A DNA stretch of 64,000 bases, from the NCBI RefSeq assembly GCF_009914755.1, contig NC_060930.1; one strand, given 5' to 3'. The notes beneath the pieces are model-generated. The model searched no databases. It saw only the letters and a program-made list of their open reading frames with translations, and was not told the origin of the DNA. The stretch comes from the human T2T-CHM13v2.0 reference genome, Homo sapiens. This document shows positions 13,977 to 30,970 of the stretch, in pieces. Made by a program: the position numbers and the translations under genes. Within the stretch, counting starts at the first letter, position 1. Every line of letters begins with the position of its first letter.

Positions 13977-14283
13977 GGCCAGGTGTGGTGGCTCACGCCT
14001 GTTATCCCAGCATTTTGGGAGGCCTAGGTGGGCGGATCACGAGGTTAGGAGATCAAGACCATCCTGGCTAACATGGTGAAACCTCGTCTCTACTAAAAAT
14101 ACAAAAAATTAGCCAGGCGTGGTGGTGCATGCCTGTAGTCCCAGCTACTCGGGATGCTGAGGCAGGAGAATTGCTTGAACCCAGGAGGCAGAGGTTGCAG
14201 TGAGCTGATATATCGCACCACTGCACTCCAGCCTGGGTGATAGACCAAGACTCTGTCTCAAAAATATAAATAAATAAATAAAA
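13977..14283 (+). mobile_element. AluSc/Sc8-like
   Basis: ggatcacgagg...accatcctggctaac left arm with S-type right arm; TSD ataattacaggaaagg / ataattagaggtaagg. Confidence 0.93.
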
Positions 14284-14483
14284 ATAATTAGAGGTAAGGT
14301 CTAGTAGAAAAAGTCTGGAAAGTAATTTGGAAAGCGCTTTGCTTCAGATAAGAAATGATGACTAGAAAGGCAAAATTTTAGTAACATATGAAAGGAATAA
14401 CTTGAGCCAGCCAGATTCAGGGTGTTTGGGCCCTTCTGACTTGTTGCAGTTTCCTCTCATTCTGGGAAAACCAGAGTAGGGGT

Positions 14484-14833
14484 ACATACATGCATGCACA
14501 CACACACACACACCCCTACACACATACACACACCCCTACACACATATATACACACACATGCACACACACACACCCCTACATACATATACACACACACATG
14601 CCCTACACACATATATACACTCACACCCCCCACACACATATATACACACACACATGCACACACACACACACCCCTAGATACACCCACACACAGACCCGCT
14701 ACACACATACACACATACCCCTACACACATATATACACTCACACCCCTACACACATACACGCACAGACCCCTTACACACATAAACATCCCTACACACACA
14801 CACCCCTACACAGGTACACACCCCTACACACAT
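14484..14833. repeat. Complex (CA)n / cccctacacaca simple repeat
   Basis: Direct inspection. Confidence 0.95.
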
Positions 14834-15052
14834 ATTTGTTTTTATTAGACAACAATTTAAGCCATATATTATAACATGGTTAAAGGTTTATATTTACTCA
14901 TGGAAGAAACTAGGCGGATGGAAAAAGGGTAGGAAATAGGTTTATTTGAATATATCTTGCTTCAGAGATTTAACATCGGAATTATAAAAATTTTATAGAA
15001 AATTTTAATATGGAAATACACCCAATATAAAATAAATTGTTAAAAGTCAGGA

Positions 15053-15152
15053 GTAGTTCTCGAGCCTTGGTTTTCAGCTCCATCAGCTCCTTTAAGCACT
15101 TCTCTGTATTGGTTATTCTAGTTATACATTCTTCTAAATTTTTTTCAAAGTT
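15053..15152 (-). mobile_element. Inverted 5' segment (ORF1) of twin-primed L1PA
   Basis: Reverse complement of L1 ORF1 (compare 56107-56206); follows left TSD aaaagtcagga at 15042-15052. Confidence 0.92.
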
Positions 15153-15541
15153 ATGTGTGTAGGGGTGTGAGTGTATATATGTGTGTAGGGGTATGTGTGT
15201 ATGTGTGTAGCGGGTCTGTGTGTGGGTGTATGTATGTAGGGGTGTGTGTGTGTGTGTGTATGTGAGTGTGTATATATGTGTGTAGGGGTGTGAGTGTATA
15301 TATGTGTGTAGGGTATGTGTGTAGGGGGTGTGTGTGTTTGTATGTATGTAGGGGTGTGTGTGTGTGCATGTGTGTGTGTATATATGTGTGTAGGGGTGTG
15401 TGTATGAGTGTAGGGGTTTGTGTGCGTGTGTGCATGCATGTATGTGCCCCTACTCTGTTTTTCCCAGAATGAGAGGAAAATGCAACAAGTCAGAAGGGCC
15501 CAAACACCCTGAATCTGGCTGGCTCAAGTTATTCCCTTCAT
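15152..15541 (-). repeat. Inverted duplication of 14388-14757 embedded in the L1 junction
   Basis: Unique part of the copy (about 15435-15541) is the reverse complement of 14388-14495 with about 4 mismatches; CA-repeat landmarks (cagacccgct) are also mirrored. Confidence 0.95.
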
Positions 15542-20385
<4,844 letters not shown>

Positions 20386-20534
20386 AAAAGTCAGGAATAA
20401 AGCAAACATGGTCTTGGGATGAGAGCAAATATCACATTGACGAGAACTGCTTAAAACTTAACTTAATCATGGGAATTTGGGGGTATATGTCTTTAAAAAT
20501 TACCCCTCCCCAACTCTTTCTTTTTCTGAGACAG

Positions 20535-21680
20535 GAACTACACATATGGTAGTCCACATGTTATCGTTCCAAAGTTCACTGAGGCTCTGTTCTTTTGTCT
20601 AGTCTTTTTTCTGCATATTTCATTTTGGATAGTTTCTATCGCTATGACTTTCACTTACTAATCTTTTCTTATGCAGTGTCTAATCTACTGTTAACCTATG
20701 TAGAGTAATTTTACTCTCAGACATTTTAGGTTTTATCTTAGAAGTTCCACTGGGATGGGATGTTTGTTACAATTTTCAACTCCTTTTTTTATCATGGTCT
20801 TGCTTTTCTTATAATAGCTGTTTTAATATCATTTTCTATTAAATCTATCATTTGTGTTATTTATGGATCTATGTCTATTGATATATTTTTCTCCTTGTTT
20901 TAAATCATGCATTTTTGCTTCTTTGTATCTCTGGTAATCTCTTACTGGATTCCAGACATTGTGAATTTTAAATTACTTGGTCTCAAATTATTTATTATTT
21001 CTTCAGTTTTTATTTTCTTTTTTGGATTATTCTTGCAACGTACTTACGTTACTTGGGAAAAGGTTTAATCCTCTTAAAGCTTTCTTTTAAACTATTTTAT
21101 CAGATTCAAAACAACCTTCTTTGTAGAACTAATATTACCCCTCTCCTAAAGCAATATCTGCTGAAGACTCTACTTGATGCCTCATGTCAGAAGTTCTTTG
21201 CACTCGGCATAATGAAAACACAAACTCTTTCCAGCCTAGAGTAAGCTCAAGAAAATTTCTCTTTCTCTTTACCTGTGACTCTTTCCTTTGTTTTTGGCAG
21301 ATTCCTTCCTTAAACACACATGCTGATCAATATTCAGCTAAAAACTTGAGAAGGATCTTCATCAGATCTCTGACTTTCTCTATGTCCATATATCTCCCTC
21401 CTTTCTGGTATTCTATCCCATGAATTGTAGTTATCTTTACATAACAAATTCTGAATGCTGCTTTCTCTACTCAGCAACACTGCCAGGTTCTTTGGGCTCC
21501 CATTCCTTGCCCTGCAGTTGAAGTGATAAACTAGAGAGATCACTAGTCTAACTAAGGATCACTGTCCTGAACCACCTGTTAATCATATGTTTTATCTGGT
21601 TTTAAAATATTATTTCTTACATGTTGTCTGGGTTTTAGTTGTTTAAGAAGGAAGAATAACATTAGTCCTAGTTATCCCAT
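20535..21680 (-). mobile_element. Old L1M 5'/ORF1 region, antisense
   Basis: ttcactgaggctctgttc...ttttggatagtttctatcgctatg...gtgtctaatctactgttaacc, T-rich antisense L1M pattern. Confidence 0.6.
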
Positions 21681-21941
21681 CATGGTAATCATATTTTATT
21701 AATTATATACTTTACAAACAGACATATATACTAACAGACATATATGATAGGATAAAGCAAATAGAACTAAGATCCAAGAGTTTTAGTGTTAAAGAATAGA
21801 GATGCAAATATAAAATTAAAGAAATTAAGTAAAAATTCTGTAATTATGAAACTGAATTTAACATATTGGTCTTCATTCTTAAAAATAAGCATATTTTTAG
21901 CTCTGTAAAATAAATACCTGAAAAAAGAACAATATCATCAT

Positions 21942-22312
21942 TGTATTAGTTCATTTTAACACTGTTATACATAAATAACCAAGGCTGGGTAATTTATAAA
22001 GGAAAGAGGTTTAATTAACTCACATTCTGCATGGCTGGAGAGGCCTCGGGAAATCTACACTCATGGCAAAGGGGGAAGCAGGCACATCTTACATGGCAGC
22101 AGGCAAGAAGAAGCATGTGAAAGAGAAACTGTCAGACACTTATAAAACCATCAGATCTCGTGAGAACTCACTCACTATCACAAGAACAGCATAGGGGAAC
22201 CACCTCCATTATCCAATCACATCTCACCAGGCTCCTCCCTCAATACCTGGGGATTATGGGGATTACAATTTGAAATGAGATTTGGTTGAGGACATAGAGC
22301 CAAATCATGTCA
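21942..22312 (-). mobile_element. MaLR solo LTR (THE1D/MSTA-like)
   Basis: tgtattagt...aaaccatcagatctcgtgagaactcactc...gccaaatcatgtca; 5-bp TSD atcat. Confidence 0.9.
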
Positions 22313-22319
22313 ATCATGT

Positions 22320-22990
22320 AATTATGCAGTCCAGAGTTTAGCCTCTACACACCATTCCCTATAAAGGGAAATAAGACTTCTTGGAGAAGAAACTGATTCC
22401 AGGTCTGAATGAAGTAATGGAGATAAACATAGACTATATTATCAAAACAGGAAGCAAAAAAGCTTTTAAAATATGTAATTATGGTAAAATAAATCAGGGA
22501 CCAACTTGAAAAGCTGCCACTGACAAAATGAGACAATTTGAACATTAATATAAATAGTAATTACAATGAATTTAGAAACATTAAAGATGTTGATATCTGT
22601 GCGTCCCTATACTCAAAGGAGAAAAACAACATTTGTTCACCAGTTTCAGAAGGTGCTGGACAACTAACTCATGACTGTCAAAATGTTAAATAAACAGAAA
22701 TAAAAATGTATTCTGCTTTTCCTGTATTATTAGTATCTTAAGATAAATTGTGAGGGAAAGTTTCCTTTCATAGAATCATTTTAGCTAATAAATGGGGAAA
22801 GAATGGTAGGATAAAAACATTGCCATTCTACACATACTTAATGAAATTATAGATCTAGATAATGGTTTTCAGCTAACACCAGGGAAAAAAACAGTTAATA
22901 TCCTCACCATTGTTCAATATATCTATGCAATAAACATGTACATGTATCCCCAAATCTATAAAAATAAAATTAAAAAAAATAAATAAAATG
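22320..22990 (+). mobile_element. L1MC-type 3' fragments plus a short L1 3'-terminal piece with A tail (22905-22990)
   Basis: L1M 3'UTR motifs; catgtacatgtatccccaaatctataaaaataaaa. Confidence 0.55.
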
Positions 22991-23302
22991 TGAGGCATTT
23001 TTACAGCAAGCCAAAACCAAAAATAAAATTAAAAAGTCATCTGCAAACTATTATTTAAAGTGTTCATGTGGGAAAATACATACAGGAAAACAAAACAAAA
23101 CACTTTCCAAGTAAGATGGGTTTACTTGGTCCTTGATTTTCGTATAAGTGATAGGTAGAACTCTAGCCTAGAACAAGCCGCAATGGTAATTTTTCTATGT
23201 GTTTTCCTTTGTGGAGTAAATATGACAATGCATAAATATAACCTTAGGGAGAGAAAGAGGAACATTTCAGAGAGAAGTTTTCAATCAACTTTTCCTCATC
23301 AG

Positions 23303-23772
23303 GTGGTTCAGGATTCTGGATACCTGGGTCTAGTTGCAGAATACTCCAAAGTCTCATTGAAAAATCTCCTTATTTAACCAGTTCTAGGTCAATAAACTAC
23401 TTGATTTGGACAAGGTCTCCAAGATCTGCATCCTTTTTCCATGCTTCAGAAGGTTGACTAAGTTTCTAGGACACCCCATGTCCACCAGAAGGATCTAGCA
23501 CAGATGTGATTAGATCACACCAGTCTTGTGTGGCTTTCTAACCAGACAAACCAGATGACAAGTTGATTTGGGCTAGTGATCAACTCTCAATATCTAAGTC
23601 TTCAGAGCATAAGTATAGATTGTTGTTTCTCTTCTGGGTGGGCCCTACATAAATGGGTTCACAAGCTTCAGCTAAGCATCTCTGATGACAGTACTACTAT
23701 CTATCCTTTTGTAAAAGATTATCTCCCTGCTCACAGTCTTGACAAGTCTGAAGTCTACAAAGAAACATTGAG
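23303..23772 (+). pseudogene. Candidate heavily decayed exon
   Basis: acttttcctcatcag| acceptor; GC higher than flanks; peptide-like pieces across frames (VVQDSGYLGLVAEYSK; DTPCPPEGSSTDVIRSHQS; DYLPAHSLDKSEVYKE); 3' boundary uncertain. Confidence 0.3.
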
Positions 23773-24129
23773 GTTTACTCTATAGAAGTGTTATGAGGTA
23801 TAGCTTCCAATTCAAAACACTGTTTTGAGTACTGGAAATATGAGGATGAATAATGCAGAGTCCTGTCCTGGAAAAAAAGACATTTTATCTATTGGGGGAG
23901 AAGATATGTAGATAAGTAATTTCTCCTAGTGCTAAATTCAATATTTATGTACAGTATAGGAGCACAAAAGAAGGGCACCTAGTACAACCTAGGAAGTTCA
24001 GGGACAGTTTCCAGGAAGTTTTTTTTTCCTGAACTGGATCTTTAAGAATATATAAGGGTTGCCAGATGAATACAAGAAAAAAGAAATTTACATGAGAAGG
24101 AAATCTACAAGTAACATGGCTTTCAATAC

Positions 24130-25722
24130 CATCTGTGTCCTGACAAGTGCATATTTCCAGTCCAGACCCTTCTTGCAAACTCTAGATGTGTTTATTCCAC
24201 TGCCTACCCAGCGTATATACTTAGATATTTAATAAATGTCTCAAATTTCACATGTCCAAAACGGAGCTCTTGATTTTGTCTGTTTACTCTCAAATTTTCT
24301 TTACCTGAGCTCTTCTCTGCTAGGTTTATGGCAACTCTATTTTCCAATTGCTCGGATCAAAACCCTGTAGTAGGTCTTAACTCCTTTCTTTCCCTTGTAT
24401 TCTATGCAGCAACTCTGCAGGGCTATATAATTGGAAAACCTAACAAAGAAAGAAAGAAAGAAAACACAGGCAAATATCAGAGAGATCTAAGAATTCCAGG
24501 CGCAGCTCCTAGGGGATGTTGTTAATCACACAGGACATGCTTTGTCTTCAGATTGTAAAACATTAAGATACCTGTGAGATACCTTGGTCCCAGAGGAGCC
24601 ACATCTTGTCTGAAAAGAAATATTTTATAGCCCCATAGTCACATTGCCAAAATTGGGCTGCATGACCAGGCTCAATAGTACAAAATCAAGGGAACATAAA
24701 AGAAATCAGGTGCAAATAATCATTTATATATTTTATAAATATTGTTGTCAAGCTGGTACAAGTTACTCCATTCTATCTGAGACTTTAGAAAAGTATATTA
24801 ATCAACAATTACTACATATCATTTGGATTTGTTCAACAACAAGCACCATGGTTGTTGACATGCCTAAAGATAAGCAAAGAATTGCAATAATCCTGTTGCA
24901 AACAACCCTGACCTTTAATCTGTCAGAAAATGTGGGGGGCTCAATTTTTTAAATCATTCAGAATTCCACCTACGTTCACTATCTCCACTGCTATTACCTT
25001 GGTCCAAATACCAATATCTCTCTGTCCTGAAGTTTAGCAGTAGCAACCTGACTGGTCTCTCTGATATTACCCTCATTCCCAACAGCCTTAATTTACTCAC
25101 ACAGGAAGTGATCATTTAAAAGTAACAGGCAAACTACCCCTTTGTTCAATAACTCCACTGGATTTTCATTATCCTTTAAATTAAAGCCAGTCCCTGCACT
25201 TGTAAGGCCTTGTATGAGCTAACTTCCTTTTACTTCTTTGCCCTCACCACTACCATTGTGCCTTTGCTCACTCTGATTATTCAGTCTCATGGAGTTCTTT
25301 GTATCATTGCTATTCCACGAACACACAAGGCACATTCCTACCTTATTACAGATATACTAGCTGGAGCCTCTGCCTGGAATGTTCTTCTAGATAACCACAT
25401 GGCTAACTATATCACTTCCTTAAAGTTTTTTTTCTTTTTCAAATGATGCCTTCTGTATGAAGCTTGCTCTAAACATCGTATTTAATACTGCAAATTGCCC
25501 CAGGACTCTAAATACCCCTTTCTTTATGTATTATTTCCCCACAGCACTTACCACATTCTTACATATTAGATAATTAACTTATGTATTGTTTATTGTCTAC
25601 TTCCCACTACTACCCAATAAGGTCCATGAAGGCAGGGATCTTAGTCAGTTATAATCAACAGTATATTTCAGTACTGAGATATGCCTGGCATATTGTAGAT
25701 GCATAGTAAATATTTATTGAAT
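24130..25722 (+). mobile_element. LINE-2 3' portion, interrupted by unassigned sequence at about 24400-24950
   Basis: ccagtccagacccttcttgcaaactctag..., tcagaattccacctac..., gtccatgaaggcagggatc...gcatagtaaatatttattgaatgaa terminus. Confidence 0.7.
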
Positions 25723-25735
25723 GAAAGGAGGAGTA

Positions 25736-26110
25736 CCATGAAATACTATGCAGCCATAAAAAAAAGAGTTTATCTCCTTTGCAGGAATATGGATGAAACT
25801 GGAAACCATCATTCTCAGCAAATTAACACAGGAACAGAAAACCATAAAATGTCTCGCTCATAAAAGGGAGTTGAACAATGAGAACATATGGACACAGGGA
25901 GGGGGAACATCACACACTGGGGCCTGTCGGGGGGTGGGGAGCATGGGGAGGAAGAATGTTAGGACAAATACCTAATGCATGTGGGGCTTAAAACCTAGAT
26001 GATGAGTTGATAGGTTCAGCAAACCACCATGGCACATGTATACCCATGTAACAAACCTGCACTTTCAGCACATGTATCTCAGAACTTAAAGTAAAATAAA
26101 AAAAGAAAAA
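25736..26110 (+). mobile_element. 5'-truncated L1PA (about PA8-10) 3' end
   Basis: L1 3'UTR plus A tail; TSD gaaaggaggagta / gaaaggaagagta. Confidence 0.92.
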
Positions 26111-26656
26111 GAAAGGAAGAGTAAATGTGTAGAAATGTATGCTATTTTTGTATGAAGTCAGTACTGCAAGGCCACTAAGTATTATGCAAATAAATGTTGT
26201 GAGACCAGCAACAGAGGTTAAAAAAAAAAGGTAGGAAAAGGCTATGTCATGATGAATACACGATGCCACATTATGAAGTATGGATTTTGTTTTACAGGTA
26301 ATGGGAGATCTTCTAAAATGTTTTTAAAAGGGAAGTACATGTTCTGATCTGCATTTTATATAGATCATTCTGATGGCTGTTTGGAGAGAGACATGAGGAG
26401 TCAAGAAAGGCCATAAGGTTATGTTAAAGATAATGAGAGCCTGACTTAGAGAAGTGATGATGGAGAGAAGAGGAAGCTTTAGAAGACTATATACTCAATA
26501 AGCAGACTATACTCCATAAACATGTTGTCTGATTGAATATAAATAAATGAAGGAGAGAGGACAATCTAAAAAGACTTTAAGGTTTTTAGAATTTTGAATC
26601 TAGAAGGATAGTAACTCCAGTAAGATATAAAGTATGAAAAATCAGAAATAGATCTT

Positions 26657-27288
26657 TTTATTATTATTATACTTTAAGTTCTAGGGTACCTGTGCACAAT
26701 GTGCAGGTTTGATACATAGGTATATGTGTGACATGTTGTTTTGCTGCACCCATCAACTCATCATTTACATTAGGTATTTCTCCTAATGCTATCCCTCCCT
26801 CTCTCCCCCACCCCCTAACAGGCCCCAGTGTGTGATGTTCCCTGCCCTGAGTCCAAGTGATCTCATTGTTCAATTCCCACCTCTGAGTGAGAACAGGTGG
26901 TGTTTGGTTTTCTGTCCTTGAGATAGTTCACTGAGAATGACGGTTTCCAGCTTCATCCACCTCCCTGCAAAGGACATGAACTCATCCCTTTTTATGGCTA
27001 CATAGTATTCCATGGTGTATATATGCCACATTTTCTCAATCCAGTCTATCATTGTTGGACATTTGGGTTGGTTCCAAGTCTTTGCTATTGTGAATAGTGC
27101 CGCAATAAACATACGTGTGCATGTGTCTTTATAGTAGCATGATTTATAATCCTTTGGGTATATACCCAGTAATGGGATTGCTGGGTCAAACGGTAATTCT
27201 AGTTCTAGATCCTTGAGGAATCACCACACTGTCTTCCACAATGGTTGAACTAATTTACACTCCCACAAACAGTTTAAAAGCATTCCTA
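26657..27288 (-). mobile_element. 5'-truncated L1PA (about PA6-7)
   Basis: Antisense ORF2 C-terminus and 3'UTR; TSD cagaaatagatctt (26643-26656 / 27289-27302). Confidence 0.95.
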
Positions 27289-27901
27289 CAGAAATAGATC
27301 TTGAGTGAACAATGATGTGCTCTGTTTGGAGATTTCTTTTGGAAGTTGACCTGATAATATTGTATGAACTACATTATTTGTGGAGTTATATAGACCAGAT
27401 ATGCCAGTTACTAGATGTGTGACTAAGGCAGTTTATTTCCTTTATTGGGTTCTCCTATTTCTCTCATATTTAAAAAAAGGACAACAGATATCTCACAGAA
27501 CTGTTGTGAATATATAATATGTGCCCAGCACAGTGACAATTAATTATCAGTGTGTGTTTGCCTTTGAGGTTTCTATGAAATACTCTAAGTGGATGTGCCT
27601 AGAAGAAATCTGCCTATTTCTATCAGGAATTTAGGATAAAGGAACCTTTATCTGAGTCATTAGAGTAAAGAAATAGATAAAACCTTGAGGATGGATGACA
27701 TTACAGAGAGACAGAAGGCACCAGCAGAAGAGCAGAAAAAGTGCACAGAATCTTGGGAATTAGAAATTTAGATAGCTTTAGAGTAACAGGAACTCACAAA
27801 GAAGACAAATATACAGAGAGAATTAGAAGAAGCTCAACAGTCAAGATGGGTTTGAGTTGCTGTTTTGTTTTTTACTAAATTATGGATTTAACTTCTCACA
27901 G

Positions 27902-28106
27902 TTGAACACATCAATACCCCATGCTGTAGAGCCAAATGTGCAGTCTTCCACCTGGCTCCTATTTCATACAACTCCATGAAGCCCAGCACATTAGCAATAG
28001 AGCGAATTGCAATTATAGTACTCTGCCCCATTCCCAGGACACTTTCATTCACAATGGCATTTGTCCTGTGAGATCCCACTTTCCCTACAGTCCTAGAAAA
28101 GAACAA
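27902..28106 (+). pseudogene. Candidate decayed exon (205 bp, one frameshift)
   Basis: tttaacttctcacag| LNTSIPHAVEPNV / SLPPGSYFIQLHEAQHISNRANCNYSTLPHSQDTFIHNGICPVRSHFPYSPRKEQ |gttaat. Confidence 0.4.
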
Positions 28107-28411
28107 GTTAATGGAAATTAATATATTTTGCATTACTCTTTCACTTACTTATAATACTATAAGAACTATTATTAGCACCAGAAAGAGAGCCCACATCCAT
28201 CTCAATAAGATTTCCTTGATAGAAATAAAAATTCACCATGGGAAATAATAGTCAGAGCCCAGAGTTAGCATTTCAAAAAGGACAAGTGCTTTATGAAAGT
28301 CTGGTGGGGATTAAATAAAAGCAATTTAAAGTTTAGGGGGAATAGTCAAAAAAGAAAAGGGCCAGAAAATTGTATGGTGGTGAAGAAAAAAAGTCTGCAT
28401 GTATTCCCCAG

Positions 28412-28570
28412 GACAAGATTAAAGATTTGAAAAATCAATGAGATAGTTCAATGTGAAATACCTCAGCTAGTCTACAATCCTGAGAAGCCTACATAGTATA
28501 AATCACATCTGTTGTAAACTAGAGGTAGTCCAAAGAGTCAAGTTAAAATTCCATCATACTATATCTGAAA
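28412..28570 (+). pseudogene. Candidate decayed exon (159 bp)
   Basis: tgtattccccag| ... gaaa|gtaaga; DKIKDLK / NEIVQCEIPQLVYNPEKPT*YKSHLL*TRGSPKSQVKIPSYY. Confidence 0.45.
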
Positions 28571-28839
28571 GTAAGATTTGACTGTCACTCTTTTCCTCAT
28601 TCAAAAATGAGTTTTTTATGTGCTTGAAATTATATTAGACTAGAGCTAATGGTTAAACCAGGGAAGTCCAATGAAAGTGCTCTAGGTGTCTCATTTAGCC
28701 TGTAAGGCAGCATAGGGGAATCATTTCAGTCCTATTGACATAGCCTGCCACAACTCAATGTCACCAGTTACCAATACCCTTTTTTTCCTTTCCACACCTG
28801 CATGAGTATAATTTAAGCTAGGCTTGTAATTTCCGCAAG

Positions 28840-29077
28840 ATGAAAGAAAGCTATGTCACCTATAATACTCTCCACAAAATCACAATGCAAACTAAAGAAA
28901 GTCATAAAAGAACTTGACATTTAAAGAAAAAGACATGTCATAATAAAGTGGCTGCCTAGGAAGCAGCTGGCTATGTAGTGATTTCCATGATTATAGAGTT
29001 TCATAAACATGGCATCATTTTTCATCATTAAATACCTGTGGATCTCAAGACTTGATAATTATGTTGACAATTATGGA
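28840..29077 (+). pseudogene. Candidate decayed exon (238 bp)
   Basis: ttccgcaag| MKESYVTYNTLHKITMQTKESHKRT*HLKKKTCHNKVAA*... / LDNYVDNYG |gtatgt. Confidence 0.35.
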
Positions 29078-29395
29078 GTATGTCTTTGTTACTTCTTTGT
29101 GGGTATTTCAATAAGTACTTTGCTTTCAATAAGTACTTTTAACATTTTCTGTAGACCTTTCTCTTTCCTACTAATACTATTAAAATAACCAACATATTGC
29201 ATAGAACTATAGAAGCTTACAAACATGATATAAATTCACAGATGAGCGAAGACTTGTTTTTTTAATCTTGCAAAGTGACTCTCTAGTTAATACTCTAAGA
29301 CATGTAATATAATGCATACAATTTATACAATAGTTTTCTCAAAGACATATGATCAAATGTGAAATGTAGAAAGCGGGTAAATTCACATGTGAATA

Positions 29396-29901
29396 TGCCT
29401 TAATTTGGCTTTCCCAAGGAGCAGATAGTGAGATAAGGACTTGAGTAACAGGAGATTATTTAGAAGGCACAACCTGTCTTCCTAAATACCTTTTAGGCAA
29501 ATAGACAAGTGACATAAGAAAAATCAGAAAGCCTACTAGAAGTGCATTATCTAACAAGCTGATGCTGTGGAAAACTGGAGCTTAATTTTGCTAGCTAACT
29601 CTGGGAAAACACTGTCAAACATGGCCTGAGAGTTATTCCATTTGAAAGGAGAGGAAGATGGGGGATACACCAACTCCTGTTTATACACTAACTTCTGTTA
29701 GTCATTGGGTAAGGGCTCCTCCTGGAGTGTGTTAATCATACAACTTTAGTGTGATGCACTTCTGCAGAAAACAGATTTCAACATCCATTGAAAGGGTTCA
29801 AGCCAAAAATGAAGATGCTGAAAGATAAAATTCAGACCAGAGTACACCCAGATAGTGAGAGAAAAGGAGATGTGGGCTGGATACTACCAGCATCTGCTAT
29901 A
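29396..29901 (-). mobile_element. Old ERVL-type LTR (LTR16/LTR33-like)
   Basis: Ends in ccagcatctgctata (reverse complement of TGTAGCAGATGCTG); ttcccaaggagcagatagtgagataagg motif at the other end. Confidence 0.55.
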
Positions 29902-29964
29902 GAATTAAGGTACAAATTTTACAGCATCATTGTTAATACATTGCATTATTAAAATTATGATTTA

Positions 29965-30440
29965 TCCCATTTATTTATTCAAGCCACAAGCAATTATTGA
30001 GCCTTTTTCATATGTGCCAAGCATATTGCTAATAGCTGAGGGTTAAATATTAAAGAGACATTTCATGCTTTCAAGTAGTAGTAAGCACACACATGCAAAG
30101 AGAATAGTTATAATAGCAGGTAGTGAATACGACTGCAAAATCAGAAACAATATAATTTGGAAACAAAAAGTAGAGTACTCACTCTTCATTGATGAGTGAA
30201 GGCTTCACCTAGATGGTAACATTTAAGCTGAGTTTTGATAATCAGTAAGAATTTGGTGAATAAGAGCAGAGACAGCTTGTAAGTGTATGTATATTGAAGG
30301 TGGTGCAGTAAGAATTCAATGTAGAGAAAATCATTTCCACAAAGGCTCAAGATTATTAACAGTCTGGTATATTTTGGAAAGGTCATTACATTCAGTTTGT
30401 CAGGAATACAGGATTTACTGGAGGTAGAGGCACAGGAAAA
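29965..30440 (-). mobile_element. LINE-2 3' fragment
   Basis: catttatttattcaagccacaagcaattattgagcc...tgtgccaagcatattgct...acatttaagctgagttttga. Confidence 0.65.
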
Positions 30441-30641
30441 TTAAGGTAAAAAATAGACAGGCATCTGTTTTTTAAGGGCTATGTATGACGAAATAAAGAC
30501 CATTAAAACAGTTGTTTTTGCTATTGTACTTTTAATTTCTAGTATTTTCATTTGGGTCTTGTATTTTTTTTCTTCAATTTTTAAGTTCAGGGGTACATGT
30601 GCAGGGTGTGCAGGTTTGTTACACAGGTAAACATGTGCCCT

Positions 30642-30970
<329 letters not shown>

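Noticed and set aside
14457-15472. His/Thr-rich and Cys/Val-rich ORFs on both strands
   Set aside because: Translations of the CA repeat and its inverted copy.
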